Assembly (NCBI RefSeq): GCF_000400465.1
Contig: NW_008806294.1
Coordinates: 30,001 to 62,000 of the forward strand
Direction: 5' to 3'
Length of the DNA stretch: 32,000 bases
Source of the DNA: Wallemia ichthyophaga EXF-994
Lineage: Eukaryota; Fungi; Basidiomycota
Below are positions 1-14,061 of the stretch, piece by piece. A program made the position numbers and the translations under genes. The notes beneath the pieces are model-generated. The model had not been told where the DNA came from, did no database searches, and saw only the letters and a program-made list of their open reading frames with translations. The stretch's first letter is position 1, and each line of letters opens with the position of its first letter.

Positions 1-1698
1 AGCCAAAATAGTGTCTCTTCAGGCACAGCGCCGGTTAAAGGAGCATCTTCATACGCCAATCCTGCACCGACTTGGCTAGGCAGAGCATCATTCACATCGC
101 TTAATATATCTGTTGTATCTCCAACAGTAGCAGTGTCATCCTCTGCATCCTCATAATCTTCGTTGTCACTGTTGCGAGACGCTTCATCTGTACCACCATT
201 TCCATTCACGTTAAGCCTCTTTTGCATTAAGTCCTCGCGTTTATCGGTGGTTGATGCTTGACTGAGACTCTCTGCGCGGCGCTGACGCGAAGATAACGCC
301 TTCCGAATAGCATGTGCTCGTCCTGGATCGGCATGCGACCACGTTTGGAGGACAACGCCGTAATATGTCTTGCGGCCATCTCTGTCTACACCGGGCTGTT
401 GATCGTTAAGACCTAGTGGATCTGGCTGTTGGTATGTTTGGTTATTCCAGTCGTACTTTTTTGAATCATTGGTTGTTTGAGTATTCGCCCAGCCTGAATT
501 GAATGAGTTGGATTGCTGCGAGTTGATTGAGTTCGACGTATAGCCGGTATTGGATCGCTGTGAAGCCACGCTGAATGAAAAAGAGTGCATTGTGGATGGA
601 GGTTGAAGAGATGACGATATGATTTCAACTTCCTGAGTAAATGAGAGCTGTATGGGTTTTAGCGTTGGTGTATCCAGCTAATTAATTACCCACTTTTAAT
701 GCCTTGGCTTGCACTTTGTTTACTTCGTCCTTAGGCATCCCGCCGACGCGCTTTTTCTTGCCATTGAAATCTAAACCAGGGACACTGATACCTGGAGAAG
801 CACTCGTACCCAGCGTTTCTGCTCTCCACCACCTGCCAACAGCATTAGGTGAGTGATGAACATTTGCGACAGAAGCTTCGTCGGCGTATGTCCAAGCAGC
901 TGGATCCTTTGGCAGACCAGATACCAAATACAAACTAGCAAGTGGAGTCTGTGTGGCTAAACTTGATGACGTTGCTGGTCTCGCCGATGTCGGTTTCTGT
1001 GGTTCCAAGAAGCTGGATTTAAGTGGGGGAAGTGGAGAAGGATCAACCTGATCGGGGTATTTGATTTGAGGCTCACGATTAATTTTGGTATCAAGATCAG
1101 ACTCACTTGGGGACCCGAGCAACGAAGTCATAGCTTTTCGGTTTTGTTGCTTTTGTCTGCGTTTCAAATCAATCGAAGTGTGTTCCACTTTCAGGGGACC
1201 GAAGTCATCCAAGTCTTCGGAATTGCTGTGACTCGGTGATGGCGTTGATGATAGCGGCTGAGAGGGATTTGATGGGAGATCAGGAAGACGTTTGTCTTGT
1301 AAAATTGATGTTGTAGATTTTCGGCGTGACTGTGGCTGTGGCTGTAGCTGAGATTTTGGCCGTGGCTGTGGCTGCAGCTGCCCTAGCTGCTGCTGCATTT
1401 CAGTATTTGCCTTTGGCTGCGCCGTTGAATAATCGATAACGTCGAATTTCGGAGTTATATGAATTGGCTCTAAATCTGTGAAATCCGTATCAATTACGGA
1501 GAGTGGTATAATTGGTTTATCGTCTGATGCTTGTTTTGGGGTAGAATGTACGTAGCTGTAGTCAACGGGCTTCCTTTGCGATTGGCTGCATTCCATTAGC
1601 TGACATTCTAAGGCTGTACACTCCACTAACCTCTTGTTCCCTTCTTTAGCCCTACTATCTCTCCTAATCGCTGGCCTAAGCTTCATCGTTGCATCCAA
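1..1698 (-). CDS. DENN-domain protein (putative Rab GEF), N-terminal part; gene runs off the window at position 1
   Basis: ORF 682-1698 ends at a GT donor (intron 648-693, 46 nt). Exon 2 (647 to 1) reads LSFTQEVEIISSSLQPPSTMHSFSF...TYYGVVLQTWSHAD...EETLFW. With LYLVSGLPKDP and AVGRWWRAETLG this matches my recollection of basidiomycete uDENN/DENN proteins. The start is uncertain: first ATG about 1686, and an acceptor-like TACAG just upstream allows a further exon. Confidence 0.7.
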
Positions 1699-2973
1699 CG
1701 GCCCTGTAATCCAATTTATTCACTTGGTGGTCAAAGCGTCAGCTTAAGGGTTCTTGTAAAATGTTTTTTAATGAATTTGTCCCGTAAGTATTTTGAATCA
1801 CCCTCAGCCCTTTCTTAGCCTCTCTCTCTGTGTCTTGCCTTTCGTGTGCCCCGTCTATCACTTCTCCAGATTCAGGAACTGCACTCGGACCGGTAAATTT
1901 TCTAATTCGAATTCTTCTTTTAGTACATATCATTCATATACGCAATTATGACAGCTAATTCCAATCAAAAGCCTCCTTATAAATAAGCGGACGTTGCTGA
2001 CTTTATCCGATCAGCGGGACCAAGAGCTCTAATAAAGTCTCCGAAAGCTTAATTAAGTACCTGCGCAATATATAATGTTGCCTGTAGTATGTGGAAGGGT
2101 TTTTGTATGTAATTTCAACTAATTTTGTCTATTGGTGAGTTCAAGGTCACGCTAGGCCAGCAAGAAAGCGCTAGCCATGCAAATATCTATATCTTAGCCT
2201 TTTTTCAAGTAAATCATAGCCAAAAACTCCTTAAAGTATCTAAATGCCATTATTAAGCCATCACTTGGTAGTAAAGTGACATTGCAGACGTGCTGTTGAG
2301 GTACTCAACAGTCAGTTCACAGGTGAGATCCCTTATTGATAACTTATTCGCGCTATTATTTCTCTCAGCTTTTCTCCCGCTTCCATATTTCAGCAGCATC
2401 TTGGACCCAAGCTTGCATGTTAACTAACAAACGCGTCAAGCGTCTACTTGTTTCCAAATACGGCGATGATGGTATTATTCTGAACTTCATGACTTTATTA
2501 TCAGGTTGGGAATATGCTTAATGTCTAATTTAGTGATATGCTCCGCTTTCGACCAGCTAGATATGGCATGTTATAGTAAGAAGGATCTGATGTTTGTAAG
2601 TCCACAGTAATACTATGACCTTTTCGATATCAACACAGCCTCAACCGCCTTTCAACTACACTTTTAAATTTTTGAAATGCACCTGTTGAAGCCAAACGCC
2701 TAAGTTCAGAGTTGGGGTGACTCCCCCCTTTTGAAGCATGGGTAGCTTTCACTAGGTGTATGATGAGCGATAGAGCCATTAATTTGTCGCTGGACGCAGA
2801 AATTAGAGCTGTGAAAGCTACGCGTCTGAAAATGCAAGACACGTCTCGGAGGATAAACAATTGATTTATGAGGGCGCTAGTGGTCTCTGTGGTTCAGTAA
2901 ATTTAAGGCATATATATCGAGCACACAAACGGATCGGTATCTTGTCCATTACGTGCTCTAGATTGACATCAAA

Positions 2974-4040
2974 TTGCAACTTACGATCACCTCACTGCTA
3001 CTAGCATCACTGGCGTCATCCACGCTCGCCGCATATAATCCAAACTCAAAGCACAATCATTGGTTGACTTTTCACGCGGATACTTCCGACGACGTAAGCA
3101 AAGTCAATAACAAAGACTTTGATTTCATTGTCGTTAGTGGCGGTGTTGGTGGTTTAGTCGTCGCTGCTAGAATAAGTGAAAACGAGAATTTCACTGACTG
3201 TAATTGAAGCTGGTGGTGATGGATCTGAGTACGAATATCGAATTTTCATTCCAGATTAGTCCTACTTGAATGGCCTTACAGGCACTGAATATGACTGGAA
3301 CTACATATTCGTTAAACAACAAGTTATCAACAATGACAAGGGATGACCACGTGGTAAAGGTTTAGGTGGTTCTGGTGCTATCAACAGTCCTATCTGGTGT
3401 AGAGCTTCTACCGATGAGTAAAAAGTTTGGAACACCCTTAAACCAGACTCAAGTATCGATTGGGGTTGGGAAGAAATGCAAAAGTACGTGAAAAAGTCTG
3501 AGACACTCCACAAGCCAAGTCAAGAACACGTTGACACCTTCAATATCAACTTTGATAAAGAATATCGCGGTACTGATGGTGTGAAATCGGTTACCAACTT
3601 GTTATCCAACATCCATTCAGGTGAGTTTTGGTTTTTGCGTTTGTCTAACTCTACTCACATAAAACAGTCGTGGTGTTATTGAAAACCAATCCAAAGATCC
3701 ATTCACCCACCCTGCCATTGATCCAGGCTACTTAACACACTCAGCTGACATGGAAATGATGCGTCAAGGTGTTCGCTTTGCTATTGAGTTATCCAAGGCT
3801 GGTGAAATGGGTGACTACATTACCAAACAAGAGAACTACAACAACAACACAGATGAGGCTATTGATATGGCTATCAGAGACGACGCACACACCGAGTACC
3901 ACCCACTCGGTACGGCTGCTATGCTTCCACTCGACAAGGGTGGTGTTGTCAACACATCTCTACTATTGACATTGTCTATGGTACTTCAAAACTCAAAGTA
4001 GTTGACTCTTTAATTATCCCAATAGATATTAGCGCACAAA
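2974..4040 (+). pseudogene. GMC oxidoreductase (AA3_2, glucose oxidase/aryl-alcohol oxidase-like) pseudogene
   Basis: Family motifs: signal peptide, DFIVVSGGVGGLVVAARISE (FAD-binding, G->S), VIEAG, *PRGKGLGGSGAIN, QHPFSRG, DPFTHPAIDPGYL, TEYHPLGTAAM, VYGTSKLKVVD. Lesions: TTG at the expected start, frameshift about 3197, stops TAG 3257, TGA 3344 and TAA 3419, a large frame-changing internal deletion about 3578, frameshift about 3965, and no C-terminal tail. Intron 3621-3667 is intact. Confidence 0.9.
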
Positions 4041-4136
4041 AAGTTTTTAAGACTTTAATCTAAACAAACGAGACTTGCAAAAATACACAGCCAACAGGAA
4101 ATTACTATCTGCATTTGTACTACACTTAAATGATGC

Positions 4137-4593
4137 TTAGTTCTGGCTACCACGAGTGTAGATGTATTGACCGTTGTGGTGAACAATTTGACGGATAGCT
4201 CTGCGAGGCGGGTGAGTAGGGTTTCTAGGGATAGCAATAGACGCACCCCTCTCTGTGAAGGTGGCGGATGGCGATACGGGCAAGAGAGCCGTTGATCTTC
4301 ATACGGTCAATGAGGGTGGATTGAGAAATCATCTTGAAAGTTGGGACTTCCTTGAGGATTCTATCGTAAGTTGGTCTGTCGAGGACAACAGCGTTTTGAG
4401 CCTTGTCCTTGACCTTGCCCTTGGACCACTTCTTCTTTGATTTGGCTCCACCCTTGCCGGCTGATGGGTTAGCTGCAGATGCTGCCTAAAGGAGTGTTAG
4501 AGCAAGTTCAAGCTGAGTGGTGGATACACGCCTTCTTTGCCACTATTGCCCTTGTTAGTCTCTGCTTATTGTGCTGTAAATTTTGTACTCACT
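4137..4593 (-). CDS. RPS25: 40S ribosomal protein S25 (eS25)
   Basis: Exons 4593, 4542-4532, 4485-4247 and 4200-4137 total 315 nt (104 aa): [112 protein letters not shown] and INGSLAR are eS25 signatures. The core is certain; the first two exons are inferred. Confidence 0.95.
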
Positions 4594-5090
4594 ACTGTGT
4601 CGCTGAAGAAAGGCAATTCGCTGTGGAAGAAATGAAATGGTTGCGAAAAAAATTTATTCCAAGTCAAGGTGAAATAAGAGCGAGGCATATCGATTTCTGA
4701 GATTATTCTCTGTGTATTTGTGTACTTGTTCTTTCAATCTGCCTCGCTGGGCTTGTCTTCTCTTTACTTCTTCAGCATATACTCTACTTGCGGCGAGTAA
4801 TGCCTTTTTGAAGCTATTTGAAGACTTTTGAAAGTTATTTAGCTATCTATTTGTGCTTATCTTGGGTCGTCTACAAGTATCAGTCCTTATTCGTCATTTA
4901 AGCGAGATTAAGCAGCCACAGAAGGCAGTGAAATCGTACAAACAGTGATACTCACAAACACTCCCTATGAATCCCTAATTGTTGTCTTTTGACCACTTGC
5001 TGCTATCTATGACGTTAAAACTCCCATTCTCCCTGACGTCCATCTTCTAAGCCCTCAATACAAAGAATCGCCAGGAATTCTCACCGTATA

Positions 5091-6508
5091 ATGTCCTCAT
5101 CTCCATCGCCACCGCCGCTGCCACCTGCACCTTCACGCAGGCTGCGTTCGAAACGCAGTGGCGCAGATAGCAGAGTCACAATGGTTGAATTCGAGCCAGA
5201 AGAGAAGACAGTGCCGTTAAAGAGATCAAAGTCATCAACATCAGCCGGATCAAAGACCAAGAAAATACAGAGGGAGTTGGATGTACCCCACGACACGCCA
5301 CAGAATTGGGAGAGAGTGGGTTTACAGGATCTCTATTGAACCACCTTGAACAGTAATCTAGGTCTATAATCTTATCAAGGATATGCGCTCGCTGCACGTA
5401 GCCCCTGTCGATACACTCGGATGCGAGAGAGAACCCACTGAAGAATTAGACGCTCGTGTGGGTTACACCTCTGCAATGTCAACCGCTGCACTTTCTAACG
5501 TCACACAGACAAAGCGCTACCAAGTCCTCGTATCGCTCATGCTATCATCACAGACAAAAGGTTGCAGTTTTGGTTGTATTGCAAGCCAAATTAACGCTCT
5601 CAGCAGACCCAGTAACTTCAGAGGCTGTAGATAATCTTAGACATGTATTGGAAGGTGGCCTCACTCTCGAATCCGTCTTGGCTGCGACAGATAAACAAAT
5701 ACGTAAGCTGAAACAAGTCTATTATCACATTTGACGTTGTTTGTTGCTCTTTTTATACAGAGGATGCGATTGGTAAGGTGGGATTCTGGAGAAGAAAGAC
5801 TGAGTGCGTTGGAATTGTTGGCTTGTTGCAAAATGAACTTGCTCATCAAAACACAGATACCTCAAGAAGGCTGCTGTCATGTTGAAAGACAAGTTCGACG
5901 GCGATGTACCGAAAGACATAGATGACCTATGTTCACTTCCTGGCGTTGGGTGGGTTGATTTGCGGTGAAAGTGTGTCGTTTATCTAACACTACCTCAAGT
6001 CCCAAGATGGGTTTCTTAGCACTGCAAGCAGCATGGAATCAGTGGGTGAACAGTAACCACATATATCTTCATCTTATAATGTTTAGAAATGATGGTATAG
6101 GTGTTGATGTGCACGTGCACCGTATTACAAACAGACTAGGCTGGCATAACCCGCCGACGACACAGGCAGAACAGACACGTCTAAATCTGCAGTCATGGTT
6201 GCCAAAAGAGCTGCATCGAGATATCAACAAGATGCTAGTTGGTTTTGGACAAGTAGGTTGATTGGTTGTACGCAACGTTAGCTCACATAACGACACCATA
6301 TCAGACGATATGTCTACCAGTGGGACCAAAATGTCATGACTGCAAGCTGCCAGCGGAGGGATTGTGCCCTTCTGCTCGAAAAGTGGGACTGAAGAAGGGC
6401 AAGAGGGAATTGAAGCGGGAAGAAACGGTCGAGCAAGCAGAAGCTGCTGAAACCAAGAAAGGAGAGCAACTTGCCAAAGTGGAGGTTATTCTAGAAGGAG
6501 AGCATTAA
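5091..6508 (+). CDS. NTH1: Endonuclease III-like DNA N-glycosylase/AP lyase
   Basis: Eight introns: 5316-5361, 5458-5508, 5561-5606, 5703-5760, 5804-5856, 5950-5999, 6042-6086, 6253-6304. The spliced product has [20 protein letters not shown], HhH motif [22 protein letters not shown] and the 4Fe-4S motif [19 protein letters not shown]. Confidence 0.95.
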
Positions 6509-6780
6509 ATTGTAGATTAAATTGAAATGGAAGAATGTTTGCTGACTTAGCCTTCGTGCCAGCCAAAGGAGAAGAAGGAAAGAGAGAGAAAGAGGGAGAG
6601 AAAGATAGCTGCCATCATAATTCTAGTGCTATATAATTATATTTAGTACAAAATACCTTATGCGCCGCTCAGAACAAATTTTAGGGCTATCAAAAGCCGA
6701 GGAAACCCTAGCGAGGCTCTCAGGTTAACTCTACCACGGTCTATCGCAAGAGATTCCATCGACGGGATCCGTATAACGAA

Positions 6781-8849
<2,069 letters not shown>

Positions 8850-9015
8850 TCGACAAGGTAGCTCATCATAGCGTATATAGGCTTGGGACAGAAATTGTAT
8901 TTAATTTCTTTTAATTTGAATTTATGTTACAGATTCTGTCAAATAGGGTTGTTGAGCTTATTTAACTTGATTAATAAGAAGATTTGTTCATAGTGTGAGT
9001 ACAAAGAAAATCTTC

Positions 9016-9380
9016 TTACTTAGCGTAAGAGAAAACGTTACGAAGGACTAAATTAGTGGGATTGTGGTTAGATCAGCCTAAAGGGTAAAGATTAAATACT
9101 CACGACCTCTCTCTGTAGCGAGTCTGTTGATAGAATCATCTGCTTCACCCATAGCTCTAACGTCTCCACTCAAAGCAATGAATTCTCTGCCATCGGTCAT
9201 TTTACCGTTAGCGTCAACTTGAGCAATTGAGATTTGAGTTGAGGTGTGATCCTTTGGTGTAATCAAACGACCAGTGGCATGGCACTTGCGTGGTACGTAA
9301 AGATCAACGAGTTCTCCCTTGTCGTTTTCTGTAGCGTGTGAGTTGTGTGCTTTTGTTTTTTTAGATTTTTATTCACCCAT
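9016..9380 (-). CDS. RPS21: 40S ribosomal protein S21 (eS21)
   Basis: Exons 9380-9377, 9328-9104 and 9047-9016 total 261 nt (86 aa): [34 protein letters not shown]...[28 protein letters not shown]. Confidence 0.97.
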
Positions 9381-9599
9381 TTTTATACGCTGGTGAGTGT
9401 CCTGGGAGAAGACTACTTGGAGAAATATTTTAACTGACTGAAATCATAAAAATTTATATTTCTCCATTTGCTTTGTATTCCAATATAACCTTAAAAATGC
9501 ACACTATATAACACTCCCCTCTTGCTCCTTCCACACCCAATCAATCTCAAACACTCGTCATACATCAATACATAGAAATTATATTTCTGTTCATCTATC

Positions 9600-11029
9600 T
9601 CATCCTCTATTCTGACCTTTACTCTTGAGCGGTGATTCCGCACTGCTTAGTTCTGCAACCGCCTTTTTCACGTTGCCTTTCTTGCTACCACGCAACACAT
9701 TCTCAATAAAGAATTCACCAGCCTGTGTCATTAACCAATCAGTTAAATGATTCTACATAGAAACTGATTGAAACCCACCTTATATGAACTCCTCACCAAT
9801 GGTCCTGACGCGACGTAGAGGAATCCCATTTCCTCTGCCACTCTCTTCCATTGCTCAAATTCATCCGGATGTACATATCGATCTACCTTCATGTGTCGCT
9901 TTGTTGGTCGCATATACTGTCCAAACGTTACGACATCCACATCCGCGTCTCTCAATCTACGCAAAGCATTAACAACCATCTCATCCGTTTCACCAACTCC
10001 GAGCATAATCGATGTTTTAGTCACTAATCCTTGCATTCCTTCAACTTTGGGATTGTTAAGTCCACCTCTCTCTTCTTTTGCGACTTGAAGCACTTTAAGC
10101 GACTGCTCGAAAGATGCTCTCCTGTCACGCACGAATGGCGTACACTCAGGCACTGTCTCAACATTGTGAGCGTAGACATCCAATCCACTCATCGCCAGTG
10201 TTTTGACTGAGTCCAAACTGCCGTGGAAATCTCCCGTCAGCGCCTCGACGAGCATATTAGGAGACTTTTGTTTAATTTTCATGATAGTGCTTGCGAAATG
10301 TTTGCTACCGCCATCAACGAGATCGTCTCTATCAACCGAGGTCAGTACGACATAACCAATGCCCCATCTACTGATAGCCTCAGCTGTGTTTTCAGGCTCG
10401 TGTGGGTCGAGTGGTGGAGGAGCCTTGCTTGTTTTAACAGAGCAAAATCTACAAGCACGTGTGCAAGTATCGCCCATAAGCATGATAGTAGCTGTAGCGT
10501 GAGCGCGTTCTTCTGCGTTATCTGAGGTGGAACCACCCCAGCATTCTCCAATATTTGGGCAACGAGCTTCTTCACATACTGTGTGCAATCCTAATCCTCT
10601 CAAATCGTTCTTAATTTTCTTGTACGATTTCGACGTTGGCACCGTAGCCCCGGGAGCGCTTCTTAACCAGTCTGGTAGACGTGGCTCGCCTGTTTTACCC
10701 AATTGCACACGTTCCTTGTCCTCCTTGTCTTCTTTGGCTGATTGGATGGCATCGTCGAGGTGCTCAGGCCCACGGATAAAGTCGTCTAAGCCGAGTCCAT
10801 CATTCAGTTTACTCCGCACTCTACTAGCCACATTCTCTGTACTCGGTGTTTGGTTTCTGCTGTTGCTCGTCTGTGGCGATGTCGGTGAGTCCTTGTGCTG
10901 TGTGGCGAATGCTCTTGTAAATGCTCTTGTTAATGGCTGCGCTGCGTTAGCCGTGTGGTGGTGTACACGCCAGGCACCCACTCTTGCTCCTGCTGCCTGC
11001 TTTTGTATCAAACGCATCGTCAACGTCAT
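9600..11029 (-). CDS. LIP5: Mitochondrial lipoyl synthase (radical SAM)
   Basis: Basic N-terminal presequence, [15 protein letters not shown] (CX4CX5C), CTRACRFC (CX3CX2C) and RSSYK. Intron 9723-9778, then last exon [10 protein letters not shown]... ending at TGA 9600. The start may be the second Met (11017). Confidence 0.97.
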
Positions 11030-11105
11030 GGTCTATTAGAAAGGACTTAAATCTCATCTTACAATTAATCTCAACTGGCTAAATTACAATTCTTCTATAA
11101 ATTTA

Positions 11106-12811
11106 TTAGTTCTTCCATCTGTTCCACTTGGTTAGCTATCCCTTTTCGTCCTCTCGTAAAATTTTCACTCACATTTTCACCGTACAGTCTCTGCCACCAG
11201 ACACGACTTTATCAGCCACAAAGTCGACGCAGTATACTTCATCTGTATGTCCAGGAAGATCAACACGGATTTTGTTAGTCTTGAGATCCCATATCTGCAT
11301 CCATCACGTCACGTCAGAAGTGTCTTCTCGATTGCAACCCACTCACCTTCAATGTCGAGTCCTTTGATGCCGAGATAAGCATGCGGCTGTCGGCTGACCA
11401 AGCGATACGATACACTGGTGCGACGTGTCCTCTGAGACTAGCGACAAATTTTCCGGTACGCCCATCCCACAACTTGATTCCGTTATCGAAACTAGCCGAA
11501 GCGATGAGACGAGAGTCAGGGGAGAAGACAACGTGGTTCACTTGTTTCTGGTGTCCTGTCAATCTCGCAATGCTCTTCTTTGAAGTGAGCGGGGACCACA
11601 GGTAGAGTGTATGATCGTCCGATCCGCTAATCACCAGCTCGGAGGCTCTCTTTACCAAGCCGTCATACCTCTCCTTAGCCATTTTGAGTGCCTCTTCGTC
11701 GCTGCTAGGTTTGGAACCCCGCCAGTCGAATGGGCCGGTACGCAGCACGAAATCAGTGGACAGGGCGAGAGTATTAACCCAGTGAGCATGTTCATTGAGC
11801 GATCTAATCAATTTCCCATCGCTGCTCCACACCTTGATGCTACGATCCTGACTAGCCGTATACAGCACGCCCTCGCCACTCCATTTCACTACATTAACCG
11901 ACGCTGTGTGACCGCCGAGTGTGTACTCCAACCTACGCGTGTCGCTCGACCACACTTTAACCGTTGAGTCTTTGGAGGACGTTGCAAAGCGAGGGTTTTT
12001 CGCATTGAGGTGTGCGGGTTCCCACGCAATGCTAGTGACCCACTTAGTGTGTCCGGTGAGCGCTCCACCGATTGCGCTGCCTGTACGAGGATCCCAAAGA
12101 CGCAAACTACCGTCTTTGCTGCCGGAAGCGAGCATTCTCTCACGAGGCTCCCACTCGACACAAAGAACGAAAGAAGGATGCCCAACAAGTGTATGCTTCG
12201 GCGTCTCAGTATTGAGGTCCCATAGACGTGCTGTGCAGTCTCCGCCACCTGTAGCGAGCATATTGCCCGTCGGGCTGAATGCGGCGCAGAGAATAGGCGA
12301 CGAGTGACCTGAAAGCGTAGAAGAGCAGCGTGAAGCGGGCCTTACTCTAAACACCGCCTGTGGCTCACAGATTATTTTGAAGGTGTCTTCGGTTGATAAG
12401 CCATACGTTGTAATGCTCTTCTGAGAAAGCGCATCAGCTAGAATGTTGGTACTGATGGGCAACCTTGACGCTTTCAAGGCCTTTTCTTCAGGCTTCACGT
12501 TCTCGTTGATGTGCTCGACGTCTAAATGGAACGAAAACGGTACTGGATCGTCTGACTGTGAGGAGATGAGTATGGACACAGCACTCACACTAATCACTCA
12601 CACTGCCTTTCAGCTGATTTACTAACACTTCTAGCGCTTCCCTGGGCGTATCTGCTGGAAGATTCACCGCTGGTCCCAAATTTGATCCGTCGTCAGCGGA
12701 AGTGAACTGGACAACAACCGATGGCGCATCAATCGCGCTGTCCTGCTTAGATTCCTCCTCGTGGGCCGTCTTGGCCTTCTTGCGGCGTGGGGGCGGGATA
12801 AGCGTGGCCAT
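11106..12811 (-). CDS. RSA4: Ribosome assembly WD40 protein Rsa4/Notchless (NLE1)
   Basis: MATLIPPPRRKK, NLE/UBL domain (VVVQFTSADDGSNLGP...PFSF, CEPQAVFRVRP) and WD40 repeats. Introns 12556-12601, 11295-11346 and 11119-11172. Ends LPGHTDEVYCVDFVADKVVSGGRDCTVKIWKN. Confidence 0.95.
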
Positions 12812-12908
12812 AGTTGATTGTCGAGAGAAGACAAGAGGAGACAAGTTCAGACCGTGGAAATCCAACTAATGTCATTAATATAGGCATGCAGTACGTGAAT
12901 GATAGCAA

Positions 12909-14061
12909 TTAAAGGAAATACAGTGGTGTTGGTCTCTTGAACGGAACTTTGTTGGTATCCTGCAATGTGTTTCAGTAAAGCAGCTACTGTCAAACAATCT
13001 ACTCACTTGGGGCGCTGCTTCGAATGTTTTGTACACTTGTTCTCCACTCTCCTCTAGGTTGAGCACGCTAGCTACATTTCCACATCTGTTACCGTGTTAT
13101 CTATCTGGCTATATCACAGTAGTGTGCACCCACCTGTAGCAGTAATTTGGTGCAGACCACACTGTAACAATCGAATTATCGAACATTATCTTGTATCCTT
13201 CCAAAACGAGTTGATGAGCGCGTGCTACCATTTGTTAGCGTAAACGAGCCATAAAAACCCAAACACACCAATCAAATCGAGGTCATTCGCGTGAACAAAC
13301 TGTCGAACAACTTCAGAACCAAATAAGAATCCAGCGCCACGTGGACTGATATTCCAACTATCTATATCGTCTGGATCTGACCACAGTAGATCGCACATTG
13401 CACCGTCATGCGGCACCTCCTGTTTCCTATCGATTGAGCGTATCTTGCAGTGATATTAGGAATTGTTTAACAGCCATTTCAACAAGCTCACCTCATCGAT
13501 CGTCTGTATCATAGGACTGAGACCGCCGTGAACGCAAAATGTCCTTCCATCAACAATCGCAGCGAGAGAAAGGTAATCAAACACTTCGCAGCAATACCGC
13601 CAGACATTAACATTGCCGTACTTTCTCAAACACTCATCATAAAACCCATAGACTTGAGTAATCTGCCGCGATTCGTGATTGCCTCGTATAAGCGTGATTC
13701 TGTCAGGGTAACGGACTTTCAGGGACAATAAGAGAAGGAACGTTTCGACAGAATAGAATCCTCTATCAACAAAGTCGCCCATGAAGAGGTAATTGGTTGA
13801 TGGACACTGTCCGGCGATTTCGAACAATTCCATAAGATCCCAGAATTGACCGTGTATATCACCGCATATCTAAGTAAATATGAGCGTGTGTATCTTCTAG
13901 CACGCTTAACACACCGTAACAGGTGAATCAACGTATTGTACATTGGCTTCTTCGACGAGGATTTCACGCGCTTTGAGGCACAATTCCTTGACTTGAGATT
14001 CTGATATTGGCTCGCATTTCCTCAGCTGAGCGATTTGGGCGTCGATATCACCAGCGGACAT
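12909..14061 (-). CDS. PPH3: Ser/Thr protein phosphatase PP4 catalytic subunit (PP2A family)
   Basis: Introns 13870-13914, 13444-13493, 13225-13268, 13086-13133 and 12960-13006. PPP motifs [35 protein letters not shown] and C-terminal [11 protein letters not shown] and [16 protein letters not shown] favour PP4 over PP2A or PP6. Confidence 0.9.

Noticed and set aside
1739-1933. 64-aa ORF upstream of the DENN gene
   Set aside because: It could be an upstream exon or 5' UTR, but I could not find a convincing in-frame donor, so it is not called.
1940-2970. Longest intergenic stretch with ORFs 2336-2521 and 2630-2860; possible transposon remnant or hidden gene
   Set aside because: No recognisable domain, terminal repeats or consistent exon chain. 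Most simply the divergent promoter region of the DENN gene and the dead GMC gene.
3344-3346. TGA at a conserved Trp (WPRGK) suggesting UGA=Trp recoding or a variant genetic code
   Set aside because: The same gene also has TAG, TAA, frameshifts and a deletion, and intact genes in the window use TGA as a stop and TGG for Trp. This is an ordinary nonsense mutation.
4055-4246. 63-aa minus-strand ORF as a separate gene
   Set aside because: It is RPS25 intron 3 plus the last exon read in the wrong frame.
10223-11039. Plus-strand ORFs (100 and 170 aa) antisense to LIP5, and similar antisense ORFs over RSA4, the 14.3-15.5 kb gene and the CAP64-like gene
   Set aside because: Typical antisense shadows of coding sequence with no motifs.
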